Below, piece by piece: positions 17,534 to 27,473 of a DNA stretch of 33,062 nucleotides. Origin of the DNA: an uncultured Woeseia sp. (GTDB lineage Bacteria > Pseudomonadota > Gammaproteobacteria > Steroidobacterales > UBA11654). Each line of letters starts with the position of its first letter. Positions within the stretch are counted from its first letter, which is position 1. The notes below the pieces were generated by a model that was not told where the DNA came from, made no database searches, and worked only from the letters and a program-made list of their open reading frames with translations. The position numbers and the translations under genes were made by a program. Location: assembly GCA_964561815.1 (NCBI GenBank), contig CAZLQT010000003.1, positions 1 to 33,062 on the forward strand, given 5' to 3'.

Positions 17534-18035
17534 CTTCTTTCTCATTCCCTTCATCTAATTCACGTGTTATTTGAGGTGATGAATCAGTTTCAGGCTCTAA
17601 TTCTTGCATAGGCTCTGCCTTACCAAAACGAACCATTAGATTGTAGTGAGCTGTTTCATCAAGTTCTGTGACTGACATAATGGAAAATCTTTCTGGAAAG
17701 ATGTTATCCGGAATAATTAGTTCATCCCCTGCAAAGCCACAGACTCTTCCCGTAAATGATTTAAAACTAATCATGTCCATTCCGCCATCATCCAGGTTTG
17801 GAGGACTTACCTGTAAATGATAGGACCTTGATTTTGGTCTACCGTAAACAATTAAATTGCCTCTATCAAGAATTCTGTAATCTCGGATATCTATGGTATT
17901 AAAACAACCTGCCTTTTTAGGCACAGACCCGAAATTGTCATCGTCTCTTATTTCAGACTCATTACTGCAGGCATTTAGAGTGATAAGTATTAAAAATAAA
18001 GTCAGAATTTTATGTTTTCTTTCTCTCTTTAACAT
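17526..18035 (-). CDS. Putative lipoprotein (DUF6491-like)
   Basis: Basic N-terminus, hydrophobic stretch, lipobox LNA-C; GCF..DIRDYR..D..NLIV and VCG. Family assignment is from motif memory only. Confidence 0.65.
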   Translation of the reverse strand: MLKRERKHKILTLFLILITLNACSNESEIRDDDNFGSVPKKAGCFNTIDIRDYRILDRGNLIVYGRPKSRSYHLQVSPPNLDDGGMDMISFKSFTGRVCGFAGDELIIPDNIFPERFSIMSVTELDETAHYNLMVRFGKAEPMQELEPETDSSPQITRELDEGNEKEDE

Positions 18036-18140
18036 TTTGATTAAATTTACTGTAATTTTTTATAATTTTCAGTCAGAATACCACTCTAAAAATTATATAT
18101 CTCTACTTCTTTAAAGCAGAAAATTACTACGAACTGAAAG

Positions 18141-18896
18141 ATGGAAAAAATCCTTGTATGCATAAAACGAGTTATTGACTATAACGTCAAGATCAGGATA
18201 AGGCCTGATGAGTCGGGCGTTATTACAGATGGCGTTAAAATGAGCATCAATCCTTTTGATGAGATTGCCTTAGAGGAAGCATTGAGAATTAAAGAAAGTG
18301 GAAATGCCAATGAAGTCATCATAGTAAGCATTGGACCAGATGACGCTCAACAACAACTCAGGACTGGCTTAGCAATGGGCGCTGATAGGGCAATTCATAT
18401 AGAGCACCCTACTCCACTGGAGCCAATTCAGGTGGCAAAATTGCTTTCCAAGATTGTTGAACAAGAACAACCAGAGCTAATTCTAATGGGTAAGCAAGCC
18501 ATTGATGATGATGCAAATCAAACTGGACAAATGTTGGCACAGATCTTTTCTTATCCTCAAGCCACCTTTGCTTCAAAAATAACTCTTACGGAAAATACTT
18601 TAGAAGTTGTTAGAGAAGTTGACCAAGGTTTAGAGATTCTGGACATAGACTTACCTGCAATCGTAACAGTGGATCTTCGTTTAAATGAACCTCGTTATGT
18701 CAAGTTACCTGACATCATGAAGGCAAAAAAGAAACCTTTAGAGGTTCTGGATCCAGTTTCCTTAAATGTCAATCTTGATCCATCCATTAAAGTTCTGAAT
18801 GTTTCTGCTCCACCTCCTAGGCAATCTGGGGTAATGCTTGAAGATGCTTCTCAACTGGTAAGCTCACTAAAGGAAAAAGGTCTTTTAAATGACTAG
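18141..18896 (+). CDS. etfB: Electron transfer flavoprotein beta subunit
   Basis: KILVCIKRVID, SINPFDEIALEEA, LAMGADRA, GKQAIDDD.NQTGQMLA, LRLNEPRY. Confidence 0.96.
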   Translation: MEKILVCIKRVIDYNVKIRIRPDESGVITDGVKMSINPFDEIALEEALRIKESGNANEVIIVSIGPDDAQQQLRTGLAMGADRAIHIEHPTPLEPIQVAKLLSKIVEQEQPELILMGKQAIDDDANQTGQMLAQIFSYPQATFASKITLTENTLEVVREVDQGLEILDIDLPAIVTVDLRLNEPRYVKLPDIMKAKKKPLEVLDPVSLNVNLDPSIKVLNVSAPPPRQSGVMLEDASQLVSSLKEKGLLND

Positions 18897-19836
18897 TGAC
18901 CAAAAAGTACTGCTTATTGCTGAACATTTTCAAGGGGAAATTATCTCTTCGACTAGTAAAGCTATTAATTGTGCTTCTCAAATCTCATCCCATGTTGATT
19001 TGTTAGTGCTATCAAATGACTCCAACCTTAGTGACCGAGCTTCACGATATGATGGCATTAATGAAGTTTTATTTATTAACGACGATTTATTTGAACATTC
19101 AATTGCATCTACAATGGCTCCGGTGATTGCGGAGATTGCTTCCTCATATGATTATGTGCTTGCACCCTCAACAACTTTTGGTAAAGATTTAACACCTAGA
19201 GTTTCTGCTCTTTTGGATGTGAGTCAAGTCACAGACATTATGGAAGTAATTGACAGCAGAACATTTAAACGACCAGTTTATGCAGGAAATGCAATCGAGA
19301 CAATAGAAATTAATGCAGGACAGAAGGTTGTCGCCACTGTTCGACCAGCTTCTTTTAAAGATGTAGAAGATTCCAACAATGCTTCAGTAAAAAATTTGGA
19401 TCTTCCAGCTGTTAATGTTCCTACCCACACCAGATTTAAAGGAATACAGTCTGAGGTAAAAGAACGGCCAGACCTTCAAGTAGCCTCAGTAGTTATTTCG
19501 GGAGGACGAGGAGTCGGAAGTGCAGAAAATTTTGAGATACTTTACCAACTTGCTGATAAATTAGGAGCATCTGTTGGCGCTTCTAGAGCCGCAGTCGATG
19601 CAGGATATGTACCTAATGATATGCAGGTTGGGCAGACAGGGAAAATAATTGCACCAGATCTGTATTTCGCATTTGGAATATCTGGCGCCATCCAGCATGT
19701 TGCTGGAATAAAAGATGCCGGAACTATTGTTGCAGTTAATAAAGATCCTGATGCTCCTATTTTTGAAATAGCCGATATAGGAATCGTTGCTGATCTTTTT
19801 GAATTTATTCCTGATCTTCTCTCCAAATTGGATTAA
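18889..19836 (+). CDS. etfA: Electron transfer flavoprotein alpha subunit
   Basis: [49 protein letters not shown]. Confidence 0.96.
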   Translation: MTSDQKVLLIAEHFQGEIISSTSKAINCASQISSHVDLLVLSNDSNLSDRASRYDGINEVLFINDDLFEHSIASTMAPVIAEIASSYDYVLAPSTTFGKDLTPRVSALLDVSQVTDIMEVIDSRTFKRPVYAGNAIETIEINAGQKVVATVRPASFKDVEDSNNASVKNLDLPAVNVPTHTRFKGIQSEVKERPDLQVASVVISGGRGVGSAENFEILYQLADKLGASVGASRAAVDAGYVPNDMQVGQTGKIIAPDLYFAFGISGAIQHVAGIKDAGTIVAVNKDPDAPIFEIADIGIVADLFEFIPDLLSKLD

Positions 19837-19843
19837 TCTTCCA

Positions 19844-21037
19844 GTGCAAACAAATCGACCCTCAACCCTATTGCTAGGTTTAGCAAGTGGCATGTCTCCT
19901 TTTGCAATGGCATTAGTTGTTCCTACCTTGGAGCTTTTTGCTCAACAATACGACGCTCCTTATTCAAAAATACAATTTATTATTTCTGCCTATTTGTTTG
20001 GTTTAGCTTTAGCTCAACCCATTGTCGGATTTTTATCCGATAAAGTGGGCAGAAGACCTGTAATGATTTACGGTATTATTCTTTTTTTAATTGCTTCATT
20101 TATCTGTCTGAAAGCTGAAACTTTAACAACACTAATCCTTGCTCGATTTACTCAAGGCATTGGCGCTAGCGTTGGAACTGTTATGTCTAGAGCCATTATC
20201 AGAGACACAACAACGGACAATGATTCTGGTAAACCATTATCTAGAGTGATTGCCATTATGGGCATGGCTCCGATGATAGCACCTGTGGTTGGTGTTTTAG
20301 CTTTGGAATTTTTCGGTGATCCAAGTGGAATATTTATAGTTACTCTGGTCCTCGGAATTCTCATCATCTTTCCAGTGATTTTTTTATTACCAGAGACACT
20401 CGATAAGAATTTGAAAAGATCTAGAGCAGAACCACTTTGGCACCAAAAGTATGCTTTGCTTTTAAAGTCAAAGATATTTATAGGGTCAACCATGGTCTAT
20501 GGGTTCACCACAGGAAGTTTTTTTGCATTATTAGCCGTTGCTTCAACAGTTTTTGCTAATGACTTAGGAATTGGTGCCAGAGGCTTCGGCATAATCTGGA
20601 GTTGTATGACTTTGCTTTATGCAATTAGCTCATACTTTGGAGGGAATTTATCAACACGTATTGGTTTGATGAAGGTTATGAATCGTGGCGTATCAATCAA
20701 TCTCGTAGCTGGTTTTTCAATTTATCTCTTAGTTAGTTCTCTTGGCACTAATTTGATCAGTATTTTGATACCTCTGACACTAATGTTCTTTGCACATGGT
20801 TTTATCGTCTCCATGTCATTAACAAAAGCAGTAAGTGATCGACCAGAAATAGCGGGATCAAGTTCCGGATTATCAAGTTCTATGGGCTTAGTAACCGGTG
20901 GATTGTTCAGTATTTTATCAGGGGCATTTTACTCAGGCCAATTCTTGCCCATTGCTTCATTGGTCACTTTATCCACGGTACTTTGTGGTCTTAGTTACCT
21001 TTTGATTGTTTCAGGCGAGAAGGAAATTAATACTTAA
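19844..21037 (+). CDS. Bcr/CflA (DHA1) multidrug-efflux MFS transporter
   Basis: G.LSDKVGRRPV, ARFTQGIG, RAIIRD, APMIAP, LPET. Likely start GTG 19844, just after the etfA stop; the ORF-track start 19787 overlaps etfA. Confidence 0.85.
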   Translation: MQTNRPSTLLLGLASGMSPFAMALVVPTLELFAQQYDAPYSKIQFIISAYLFGLALAQPIVGFLSDKVGRRPVMIYGIILFLIASFICLKAETLTTLILARFTQGIGASVGTVMSRAIIRDTTTDNDSGKPLSRVIAIMGMAPMIAPVVGVLALEFFGDPSGIFIVTLVLGILIIFPVIFLLPETLDKNLKRSRAEPLWHQKYALLLKSKIFIGSTMVYGFTTGSFFALLAVASTVFANDLGIGARGFGIIWSCMTLLYAISSYFGGNLSTRIGLMKVMNRGVSINLVAGFSIYLLVSSLGTNLISILIPLTLMFFAHGFIVSMSLTKAVSDRPEIAGSSSGLSSSMGLVTGGLFSILSGAFYSGQFLPIASLVTLSTVLCGLSYLLIVSGEKEINT

Positions 21038-21759
21038 TTAACCCTGAATTCAATCGCTTGTTCTGATAAAGAAGCTGTTTGATTAAGCGGCAATTTCCCT
21101 GGCTTAGCAACGCCTATCCAGACTTCAACTAAAAGAAGGAACCATATTGTTAAAACAAAGATTCTAGCCTTGGATAGGCTCTCAGCCATAGCAATATCGT
21201 CTGCTTCATTGATAGTGTCATTAACAATGTTGTGGATCCCTTTTATGAAACCGCCAATATATTTTCTAATCATGATCCCACAAAAGATTAGACCAGCAAA
21301 AACAATTAACTTAGCTCCTACCCAAGGATCAGAGTCTAGTCTGTCAGTGTAATTAAAGGCATAGAAAACTGATGCAAGAAGAGTAAAGACCATGATCCAG
21401 CGAAAATAGTAGTCAACTGTTGTCATTTTTTTCACCAAGTCAGTGCCTTCATTGAAATGTATATATATCAATGCACAAGTCCAAATTGGTCCTAGCATAA
21501 TAATGCCAACCATCTGCCAGAGAGGATGATCGATGCCGTAATAATGAGTCAAGATACCGCCTACGGTCAACATCATGCTTAAGCATAGTCTAGGAATGAG
21601 ATCCAGATTCATCATGATCTTCCCAGCAGCTTGCCTAGCTTCTCGAGATAGATTTTTATTGATTGCGAAACCACTAGAGTAAAACACACCAATGTCCCCT
21701 CCTAACCAATAAGCAAAAAGTAATAGATGCATTAATAATGCTATATCTTCTCCTGACAT
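21034..21759 (-). CDS. Uncharacterised integral membrane protein (HemJ/CopD/DUF2269-like motifs)
   Basis: Five to six hydrophobic segments; MHLLLFAYWLGGD in the first helix and PWVGAKL later; GGGGG RBS. Confidence 0.7.
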   Translation of the reverse strand: MSGEDIALLMHLLLFAYWLGGDIGVFYSSGFAINKNLSREARQAAGKIMMNLDLIPRLCLSMMLTVGGILTHYYGIDHPLWQMVGIIMLGPIWTCALIYIHFNEGTDLVKKMTTVDYYFRWIMVFTLLASVFYAFNYTDRLDSDPWVGAKLIVFAGLIFCGIMIRKYIGGFIKGIHNIVNDTINEADDIAMAESLSKARIFVLTIWFLLLVEVWIGVAKPGKLPLNQTASLSEQAIEFRVN

Positions 21760-21776
21760 TTTAACCCCCTAATTTG

Positions 21777-22775
21777 TTATTGAATTGTGACGATAGTTTT
21801 ACCAAAGTTTTCCCCTCTCATAAGTTTGCAAAATTGAGCAGGAGCATTTTCCAAGCCAAAAACCTCATCTTCTATATAATTTATTTTACCTGTTTTTAGC
21901 CAATCAGAAGCAATAGAAATAAAATCATTTTGTTTGTCGTAATGATCGTATACAACAACTCCTCTTATGGTAGCTCTAGACCCGACAATTGGACCTAGAT
22001 TTGGACCAGGCGGCGGAGAATCTAAATTGTATTGGGTCATGAATCCGCATAAAACTACTCGGGCATGCATAGCTAGATTTCTTGTCATTATATTAAGCGT
22101 CTCTCCACCAACATTATCAAAATAAATATCAGCACCTTCTGGGCAAAGATCTTTGAGACGCTCTTCAATGTTTTCGGTCTTATAATTAATACAATCAATG
22201 AATCCAAATTTATTTTTCACGACAGAACATTTTTCTTCGCTTCCTGCTATACCGATCGCCTTAGCACCATATATTTGTGCAATCTGGCCCACCATACAAC
22301 CCACAGGACCGCTAGCTGCTGAAACTACCAAGTGATCACCCTCCTTTGGTTCTCCATAGACTGTCAATCCTGCATAAGCGGTTAAGCCAGGCATTCCTAA
22401 GATGCCTAATGCGGTGCTTAACGGCGCCAATGATGGGTCTAGTTTCCTTACACCTTCACCATCAGAAACACCAAACTCTTGCCAACCGTTTGAGCAAACC
22501 ACAAAATCGCCTTCACTAAAATCAGTGTGATTAGATTTGACCACTTCAGAAACTGTCCTGCCAACAATTGTGTCACCCACATTTACTTTTTCCGAGTAAA
22601 TATGTCTTCCAGTTATTACTCCACGGATATATGGATCTAGAGAGAGATGAAGAGTTTTAGTTAATATTTGGTTATTGGTGATCTCAGGAATGTCTGTCTG
22701 AATAGTATCAAAGTCATTAATCTCTGGAATCCCTACAGGATTCTTTTTAAGAATGATCTGTTTGTTAGTGCTCAA
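21777..22775 (-). CDS. NADP-dependent alkenal/double-bond reductase (prostaglandin reductase/CurA-like MDR)
   Basis: LSLDPYIRG, LGILGMPGLTAYAGL, VSAASGPVG, IYFDNVGG, GENFGK; TTG start. Confidence 0.92.
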   Translation of the reverse strand: MSTNKQIILKKNPVGIPEINDFDTIQTDIPEITNNQILTKTLHLSLDPYIRGVITGRHIYSEKVNVGDTIVGRTVSEVVKSNHTDFSEGDFVVCSNGWQEFGVSDGEGVRKLDPSLAPLSTALGILGMPGLTAYAGLTVYGEPKEGDHLVVSAASGPVGCMVGQIAQIYGAKAIGIAGSEEKCSVVKNKFGFIDCINYKTENIEERLKDLCPEGADIYFDNVGGETLNIMTRNLAMHARVVLCGFMTQYNLDSPPPGPNLGPIVGSRATIRGVVVYDHYDKQNDFISIASDWLKTGKINYIEDEVFGLENAPAQFCKLMRGENFGKTIVTIQ

Positions 22776-22781
22776 GTTGAA

Positions 22782-23264
22782 CTAGAGTTGATCAATCATA
22801 TAATCGCAACTGCTCACTTTAAATTCACCGCCGTCCTCAATATTTAGAATTTCTACTTCTCCATCATTCACCACTATTGAAAATCTTTGAGATCGAGTAC
22901 CCATTCCAAATCCAGAGGCATCTAATTCTAGACCTAGTGCCGATGTGAATTCTCCATTGCCATCTGAGAGCATTAAAACCTTACCGTCTGCGTTTTGACT
23001 TTTTCCCCAGGCATCCATAACGAAAACATCGTTAACTGCCATACAAGCCACAGTATCTATTCCCTTGTTGGTGAGTTCATCAGCCTTTTCTACAAAGCCC
23101 GGGAGATGTTGAAGAGAACAAGTTGGTGTAAAAGCACCTGGAACAGCAAATAAAGCGACTCTTTTACCTTCAAACAAATCTGAATAGCCTACTGGCTTAG
23201 GCCCTTCTTCACTCATCGTTGTAAAATTCACATTTGGAATTCTATCTCCTACACTTATAGTCAT
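22782..23264 (-). CDS. Peroxiredoxin, Prx5 type
   Basis: VPGAFTPTCSLQHLPG, VNDVFVMDAW, RSQRF. Confidence 0.95.
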   Translation of the reverse strand: MTISVGDRIPNVNFTTMSEEGPKPVGYSDLFEGKRVALFAVPGAFTPTCSLQHLPGFVEKADELTNKGIDTVACMAVNDVFVMDAWGKSQNADGKVLMLSDGNGEFTSALGLELDASGFGMGTRSQRFSIVVNDGEVEILNIEDGGEFKVSSCDYMIDQL

Positions 23265-23328
23265 TATTTTCTCCTTAATTTTTTGTCTAGACTAGAATTT
23301 GTCTATAGATATTTTATTACACTAGCCT

Positions 23329-24588
23329 TCATTCAACCATAAATAATGCTATTTTAGGGACAAAAGAAACAATTAATAATCCAGTGAGCATGATCAGAAG
23401 AAAAGGTATTGTTGCTTTGCATACCGTCCAAAACTTTTCCTTAAAAACCCCCATAGCTACTATAAGATTGAGGCCCAAAGGTGGTGTTAAATAACCTATC
23501 TCCAAATTCATAACCATAATAATCCCAAAATGAACCGGATCTATACCTTGAGAGCTTGCAATCGGACCTAACATAGGAGCAAGTATTAAAATGGCTGAGC
23601 CAATATCAATAATGCAACCAATGAGTATCAAAAAGAGGTTAATGCCCAAGAGTGCTGTTGTGGGGTTATCAATTCTCTGGCTCATCCAAGCAACTAAGCT
23701 TTGAGGGACTTCTTCATAGGTTAGAAAAACATTTAAACTAAGTGCAATCATTAATACTGGAAAGAGAGACCCGAGAAGCTTGGTTGTTTCTGCTATGACT
23801 TCAAACAAGACTGCCCATTTCATTTCTTTATGAATAAATGTCTCTACAATAATTGCATAAACAACAGCAACAGCAGCTGACTCCGTGGCAGTAAAATAGC
23901 CCGTATATATACCGCCCAAGATAATAATAGGCATCAATAAAGCCCAGACTCCCTTTTTTAGAGAGGTTAGTATGTAATCTAAATTCCATGAACTCTCTCT
24001 GTGAGAAAAGTTCTGCATCATTGCATACCCAAGCATCAAGATTGTTAGAAGTAAAGCTGGACCGATGCCAGCGATAAATAAATCTCCTATGGAAGTTTGA
24101 GTCATGATCCCGTATAAAATCAGTGGAATACTCGGAGGTACAACTATGCCTAGCGTTCCAGCAGCACAAAGAGCCCCTAAAGCAAAACTTTTCGGGTAAC
24201 CAGCATTAATAAGCGCTGGATACATTAGTGTCCCAATAGCCAATAAAGTTACTGTGCCTGATCCAGAGACTGCAGCAAATGCAGCGCAGGAGAGTATCGT
24301 TGCAATAGCTAGACCTCCCGGTATTGGTGCAGTAAGGGATTTCATCAGATCAATTAACCTAGATGCCATTCCACCTCTGGACATTATGTTTCCAGCTAGG
24401 ATAAATAGAGGTATTGATAGAAGAATATCTTTATTAGCTGCGTCCCAAGCATCGACAACAATATTACTGATTACGCCATCACCAAAAGCCCAATAAGCAT
24501 AAGCAGTTGCTGTCCCAAGGATTACAATAAGGTTTTGTCTTAAAAGAAATAAAACAATAATAATGATAGGTAAAAAAGCAGCTGCCAT
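23329..24588 (-). CDS. dctM: TRAP transporter large permease (DctM family)
   Basis: SIPLFILAG, FAAVSGS, GTLGIVVPPSIPLILY, GGIYTGYFTATESA, GIDPVHFG, IGYLTPPLGLNL. Confidence 0.93.
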   Translation of the reverse strand: MAAAFLPIIIIVLFLLRQNLIVILGTATAYAYWAFGDGVISNIVVDAWDAANKDILLSIPLFILAGNIMSRGGMASRLIDLMKSLTAPIPGGLAIATILSCAAFAAVSGSGTVTLLAIGTLMYPALINAGYPKSFALGALCAAGTLGIVVPPSIPLILYGIMTQTSIGDLFIAGIGPALLLTILMLGYAMMQNFSHRESSWNLDYILTSLKKGVWALLMPIIILGGIYTGYFTATESAAVAVVYAIIVETFIHKEMKWAVLFEVIAETTKLLGSLFPVLMIALSLNVFLTYEEVPQSLVAWMSQRIDNPTTALLGINLFLILIGCIIDIGSAILILAPMLGPIASSQGIDPVHFGIIMVMNLEIGYLTPPLGLNLIVAMGVFKEKFWTVCKATIPFLLIMLTGLLIVSFVPKIALFMVE

Positions 24589-25100
24589 CAGACTTCTTCG
24601 GAGACCAACTCTTCAGTTGGGTTGATAATAGGCCTAAGGTTAGGATGAAAGGTATAGATCAAATGTCTTATGGAGGTTAGAAAAAAAGCAAGGGGAATGA
24701 CAGCTTGAAACGGCCATATCGCTATTCTTAAGACAATAGATTGAACATCGTCATTAAAGGTTTCTATCACCACTTGAGCCGCAACTATTGAAAACAATAA
24801 GCAAAATACAAACATCAACCCTTCTTGGCATCGTTCAAGAAAAGGTTCCCAATGTTTTGGGAGCCAATTGTCTGCAAATTTCGGTCTAAGGTGGGCAGCT
24901 TCTGATGAAGCAACACCAAGACCAAACATAACCACAAAGAGGTTTGCATAAACACCAATTTGTCTTGACCAATGTAATCCTGTGCCTGTTAGTTCTCTTA
25001 GGGCAACGTCTGCAAACATAACAATAACAAGAATCATAAACGCACCAAAAGTGATCCATTTTTCAAATTGAGTTAATTTATTTAATATTTTTTCTGCCAC
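24588..25100 (-). CDS. dctQ: TRAP transporter small permease (DctQ family)
   Basis: Four TM segments; G.G.AS...HL motif; GTG start; stop overlaps the dctM start. Confidence 0.85.
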   Translation of the reverse strand: MAEKILNKLTQFEKWITFGAFMILVIVMFADVALRELTGTGLHWSRQIGVYANLFVVMFGLGVASSEAAHLRPKFADNWLPKHWEPFLERCQEGLMFVFCLLFSIVAAQVVIETFNDDVQSIVLRIAIWPFQAVIPLAFFLTSIRHLIYTFHPNLRPIINPTEELVSEEV

Positions 25101-25172
25101 GATATTAATCTGGGATAAATCTTAAATCATTGTAAACTATGAACTCTAACAATTTGAAATAATGAGGTAATC

Positions 25173-26678
25173 ATGGCAGAAGCTCAAGAAATCAATATAT
25201 CTAATCAAGCAAGAGAGTTTTTAGACTCTAGTCACCAACTTCTAATTAACGGTGAATGGGTTGCATCAAAGTCGGGCGAGAAGATTGGTGTTTTTGACCC
25301 TGCAACAGAAGAGCAGATCTCAGAAGTCGATGCTGGTAATGCCGAAGATATTAATGATGCAGTAGCTGCAGCCAGATCAGCATTAACAGGGGAATGGTCA
25401 AAGATACCATCTCATGATCGCGCTCAAATATTAAATAAATTAGCAGATGACATTGAATTGAATTTCGATGTTTTATCCGAACTTGAGGTTTTGGACAATG
25501 GAATGCCGATGCCTTTGGCGCAATACTCTATAGCAAGTCATGGAACTGCGTTGTTGAGATATTACGCGAGTTGGGCAACAAAGATTCACGGCAGTACCAT
25601 ACCGGTTTCACCTGGCGGCGCAATGAACGGCGAATCAATTACATATACTCGTCGCGAGCCTATAGGTGTCGTTGGCGCAATTATTCCTTGGAATTCACCT
25701 CTAATATTTGCCATATTAAAGTTAACCCCTGCCCTTGCTGCAGGGTGTACTGTGATTTTAAAGCCTGCAGAGTTAACCCCAATGACAGCACTTTTTTTAG
25801 GTGAACTCATAAGGAAATCAGGCATTCCCAAGGGTGTTGTTAATATAGTTACCGGTTATGGAGAAACTGCAGGAGCAGCATTAACTGAACACCATGATGT
25901 TGATAAAATTGCTTTTACCGGGTCAACCGAAGTTGGAAAGAAGATTGTTGAGGCTTCAATTGGAAACTTAAAGAAGGTTACCCTTGAATTGGGAGGCAAA
26001 AGTCCTGTGGTTGTTTTTCCTGACGCCGACTTGGAGAAAGTAATACCGGGGGCAGCTAGAGCTTGTTTTTTCTTGCAGGGACAAAATTGTATGGCCGGAA
26101 CAAGACTTTTTGTTCATAAAGATATCTATGAGCCTGTTTTAGCAGGAGTAAAGGAAATGGCAGAGGCTTTTACGATAGGACACGGTTTAATTCCAACCAA
26201 TGACTTTGGACCTTTGATTTCTGCTACTCAAAAAGAACGAGTCATGGAATACATCCAAATCGGGAAAGATGAAGGAGCTGATCTTGTCTCAGGCGGCAAA
26301 TCTGTTGGCGATAAAGGTTATTTTGTAGAACCAACAATATTTTCTAATGTTAAAGGTGATATGCGGATTGCAAGAGAAGAAATTTTTGGTCCAGTTCTAT
26401 GCGCTGAATCATTTGATGATTCAGATCTAGAAACGATTGCTAACAAAGCCAACAATACGAGCTATGGTCTATCTGGTAGTGTTTGGACACAAGATATTTC
26501 TGTTGCTCATAAAATGGCAATGTTGATTGACTCTGGTCAGGTAAGCATTAATTGTCATGCTGCCGTTGATCCTGCGATTCCCTTTGGCGGCAATAAACAA
26601 TCAGGATGGGGTCGAGAATTTGGCGAAGAAGGGCTTGAACCTTATCTTAAAACTAAGGCAACTACTGTCATTTTTTAG
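25173..26678 (+). CDS. Aldehyde dehydrogenase (phenylacetaldehyde-dehydrogenase-like)
   Basis: IIPWN, FTGSTEVG, LELGGKSP (catalytic Glu), QGQNCMAG (catalytic Cys), EEIFGPV, PFGG.KQSG.GRE. Confidence 0.93.
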   Translation: MAEAQEINISNQAREFLDSSHQLLINGEWVASKSGEKIGVFDPATEEQISEVDAGNAEDINDAVAAARSALTGEWSKIPSHDRAQILNKLADDIELNFDVLSELEVLDNGMPMPLAQYSIASHGTALLRYYASWATKIHGSTIPVSPGGAMNGESITYTRREPIGVVGAIIPWNSPLIFAILKLTPALAAGCTVILKPAELTPMTALFLGELIRKSGIPKGVVNIVTGYGETAGAALTEHHDVDKIAFTGSTEVGKKIVEASIGNLKKVTLELGGKSPVVVFPDADLEKVIPGAARACFFLQGQNCMAGTRLFVHKDIYEPVLAGVKEMAEAFTIGHGLIPTNDFGPLISATQKERVMEYIQIGKDEGADLVSGGKSVGDKGYFVEPTIFSNVKGDMRIAREEIFGPVLCAESFDDSDLETIANKANNTSYGLSGSVWTQDISVAHKMAMLIDSGQVSINCHAAVDPAIPFGGNKQSGWGREFGEEGLEPYLKTKATTVIF

Positions 26679-26679
26679 C

Positions 26680-27390
26680 TTACCAGTCGACTTTTTTCCC
26701 AAATCGGTCTAGGAATTTACCGCTATCTTCGACAGTGATGCTCTCAAACATTTCTTGTTGTTGTTCAACACTTTCAGCTGGCTCTATTTCAGCCTCATCG
26801 CCGCCCAAATAAGTTTTACACCAACCTGGAGCTAAAGCAATTACAGTTAGATCCTTCCAGTCAACAGACATTCCCTTTGAGATGATGTTTAAGGCTGACT
26901 TGCTCGCACGGTATGAGTAAAAGCCACCAAAGGTATTCTGCTCTACAGAACCCAAATCGCTGGACATCATAATAAGAATCTTTTTTTTGCTGTTAGCTAT
27001 ATGATCACGGAAGGCTGTTGCAATTTTAAAGGGCGAGAGCAGATTAACTTCTAGAATATCTCTCCAAATCTGATAATCCATACTGTCTATTTTTTGATAC
27101 CCCATTGCACCTGGGACACCCATAGGTCCTGTTGTTCCAGCATTATTAATAAGTATATCGATAGCTGTGTCTCTGTACTTTTCAGCTAATTCTTCAATTC
27201 GATTATGATCTACAACTTCAAGCTGCTCAATAATGAAGTCCTCACCAAATGTATCTTTTAGTTCTTTTAACTCTTTGGCTTGTTCAGGATTCCTGGCACA
27301 AGCAATTACTTTCCAGCCCTTTGCAGCATATTGTTTTACATGTTCGTAACCAAGTCCCCTATTGGCACCTGTAACAAAAACGGTTGGCAT
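26680..27390 (-). CDS. Short-chain dehydrogenase/reductase (CsgA/C-factor-like)
   Basis: VTGANRGLG, LINNAG, MSS.LGS, YSYRASKSALN, PGW..T.LGG. Confidence 0.9.
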   Translation of the reverse strand: MPTVFVTGANRGLGYEHVKQYAAKGWKVIACARNPEQAKELKELKDTFGEDFIIEQLEVVDHNRIEELAEKYRDTAIDILINNAGTTGPMGVPGAMGYQKIDSMDYQIWRDILEVNLLSPFKIATAFRDHIANSKKKILIMMSSDLGSVEQNTFGGFYSYRASKSALNIISKGMSVDWKDLTVIALAPGWCKTYLGGDEAEIEPAESVEQQQEMFESITVEDSGKFLDRFGKKVDW

Positions 27391-27473
27391 TATATTCTCC
27401 TTTAAGTAATTGGTATCAGTATAATAATATCAAGAAATAATATTTAATGATGATACTTAAATGAGGAAAAAAA

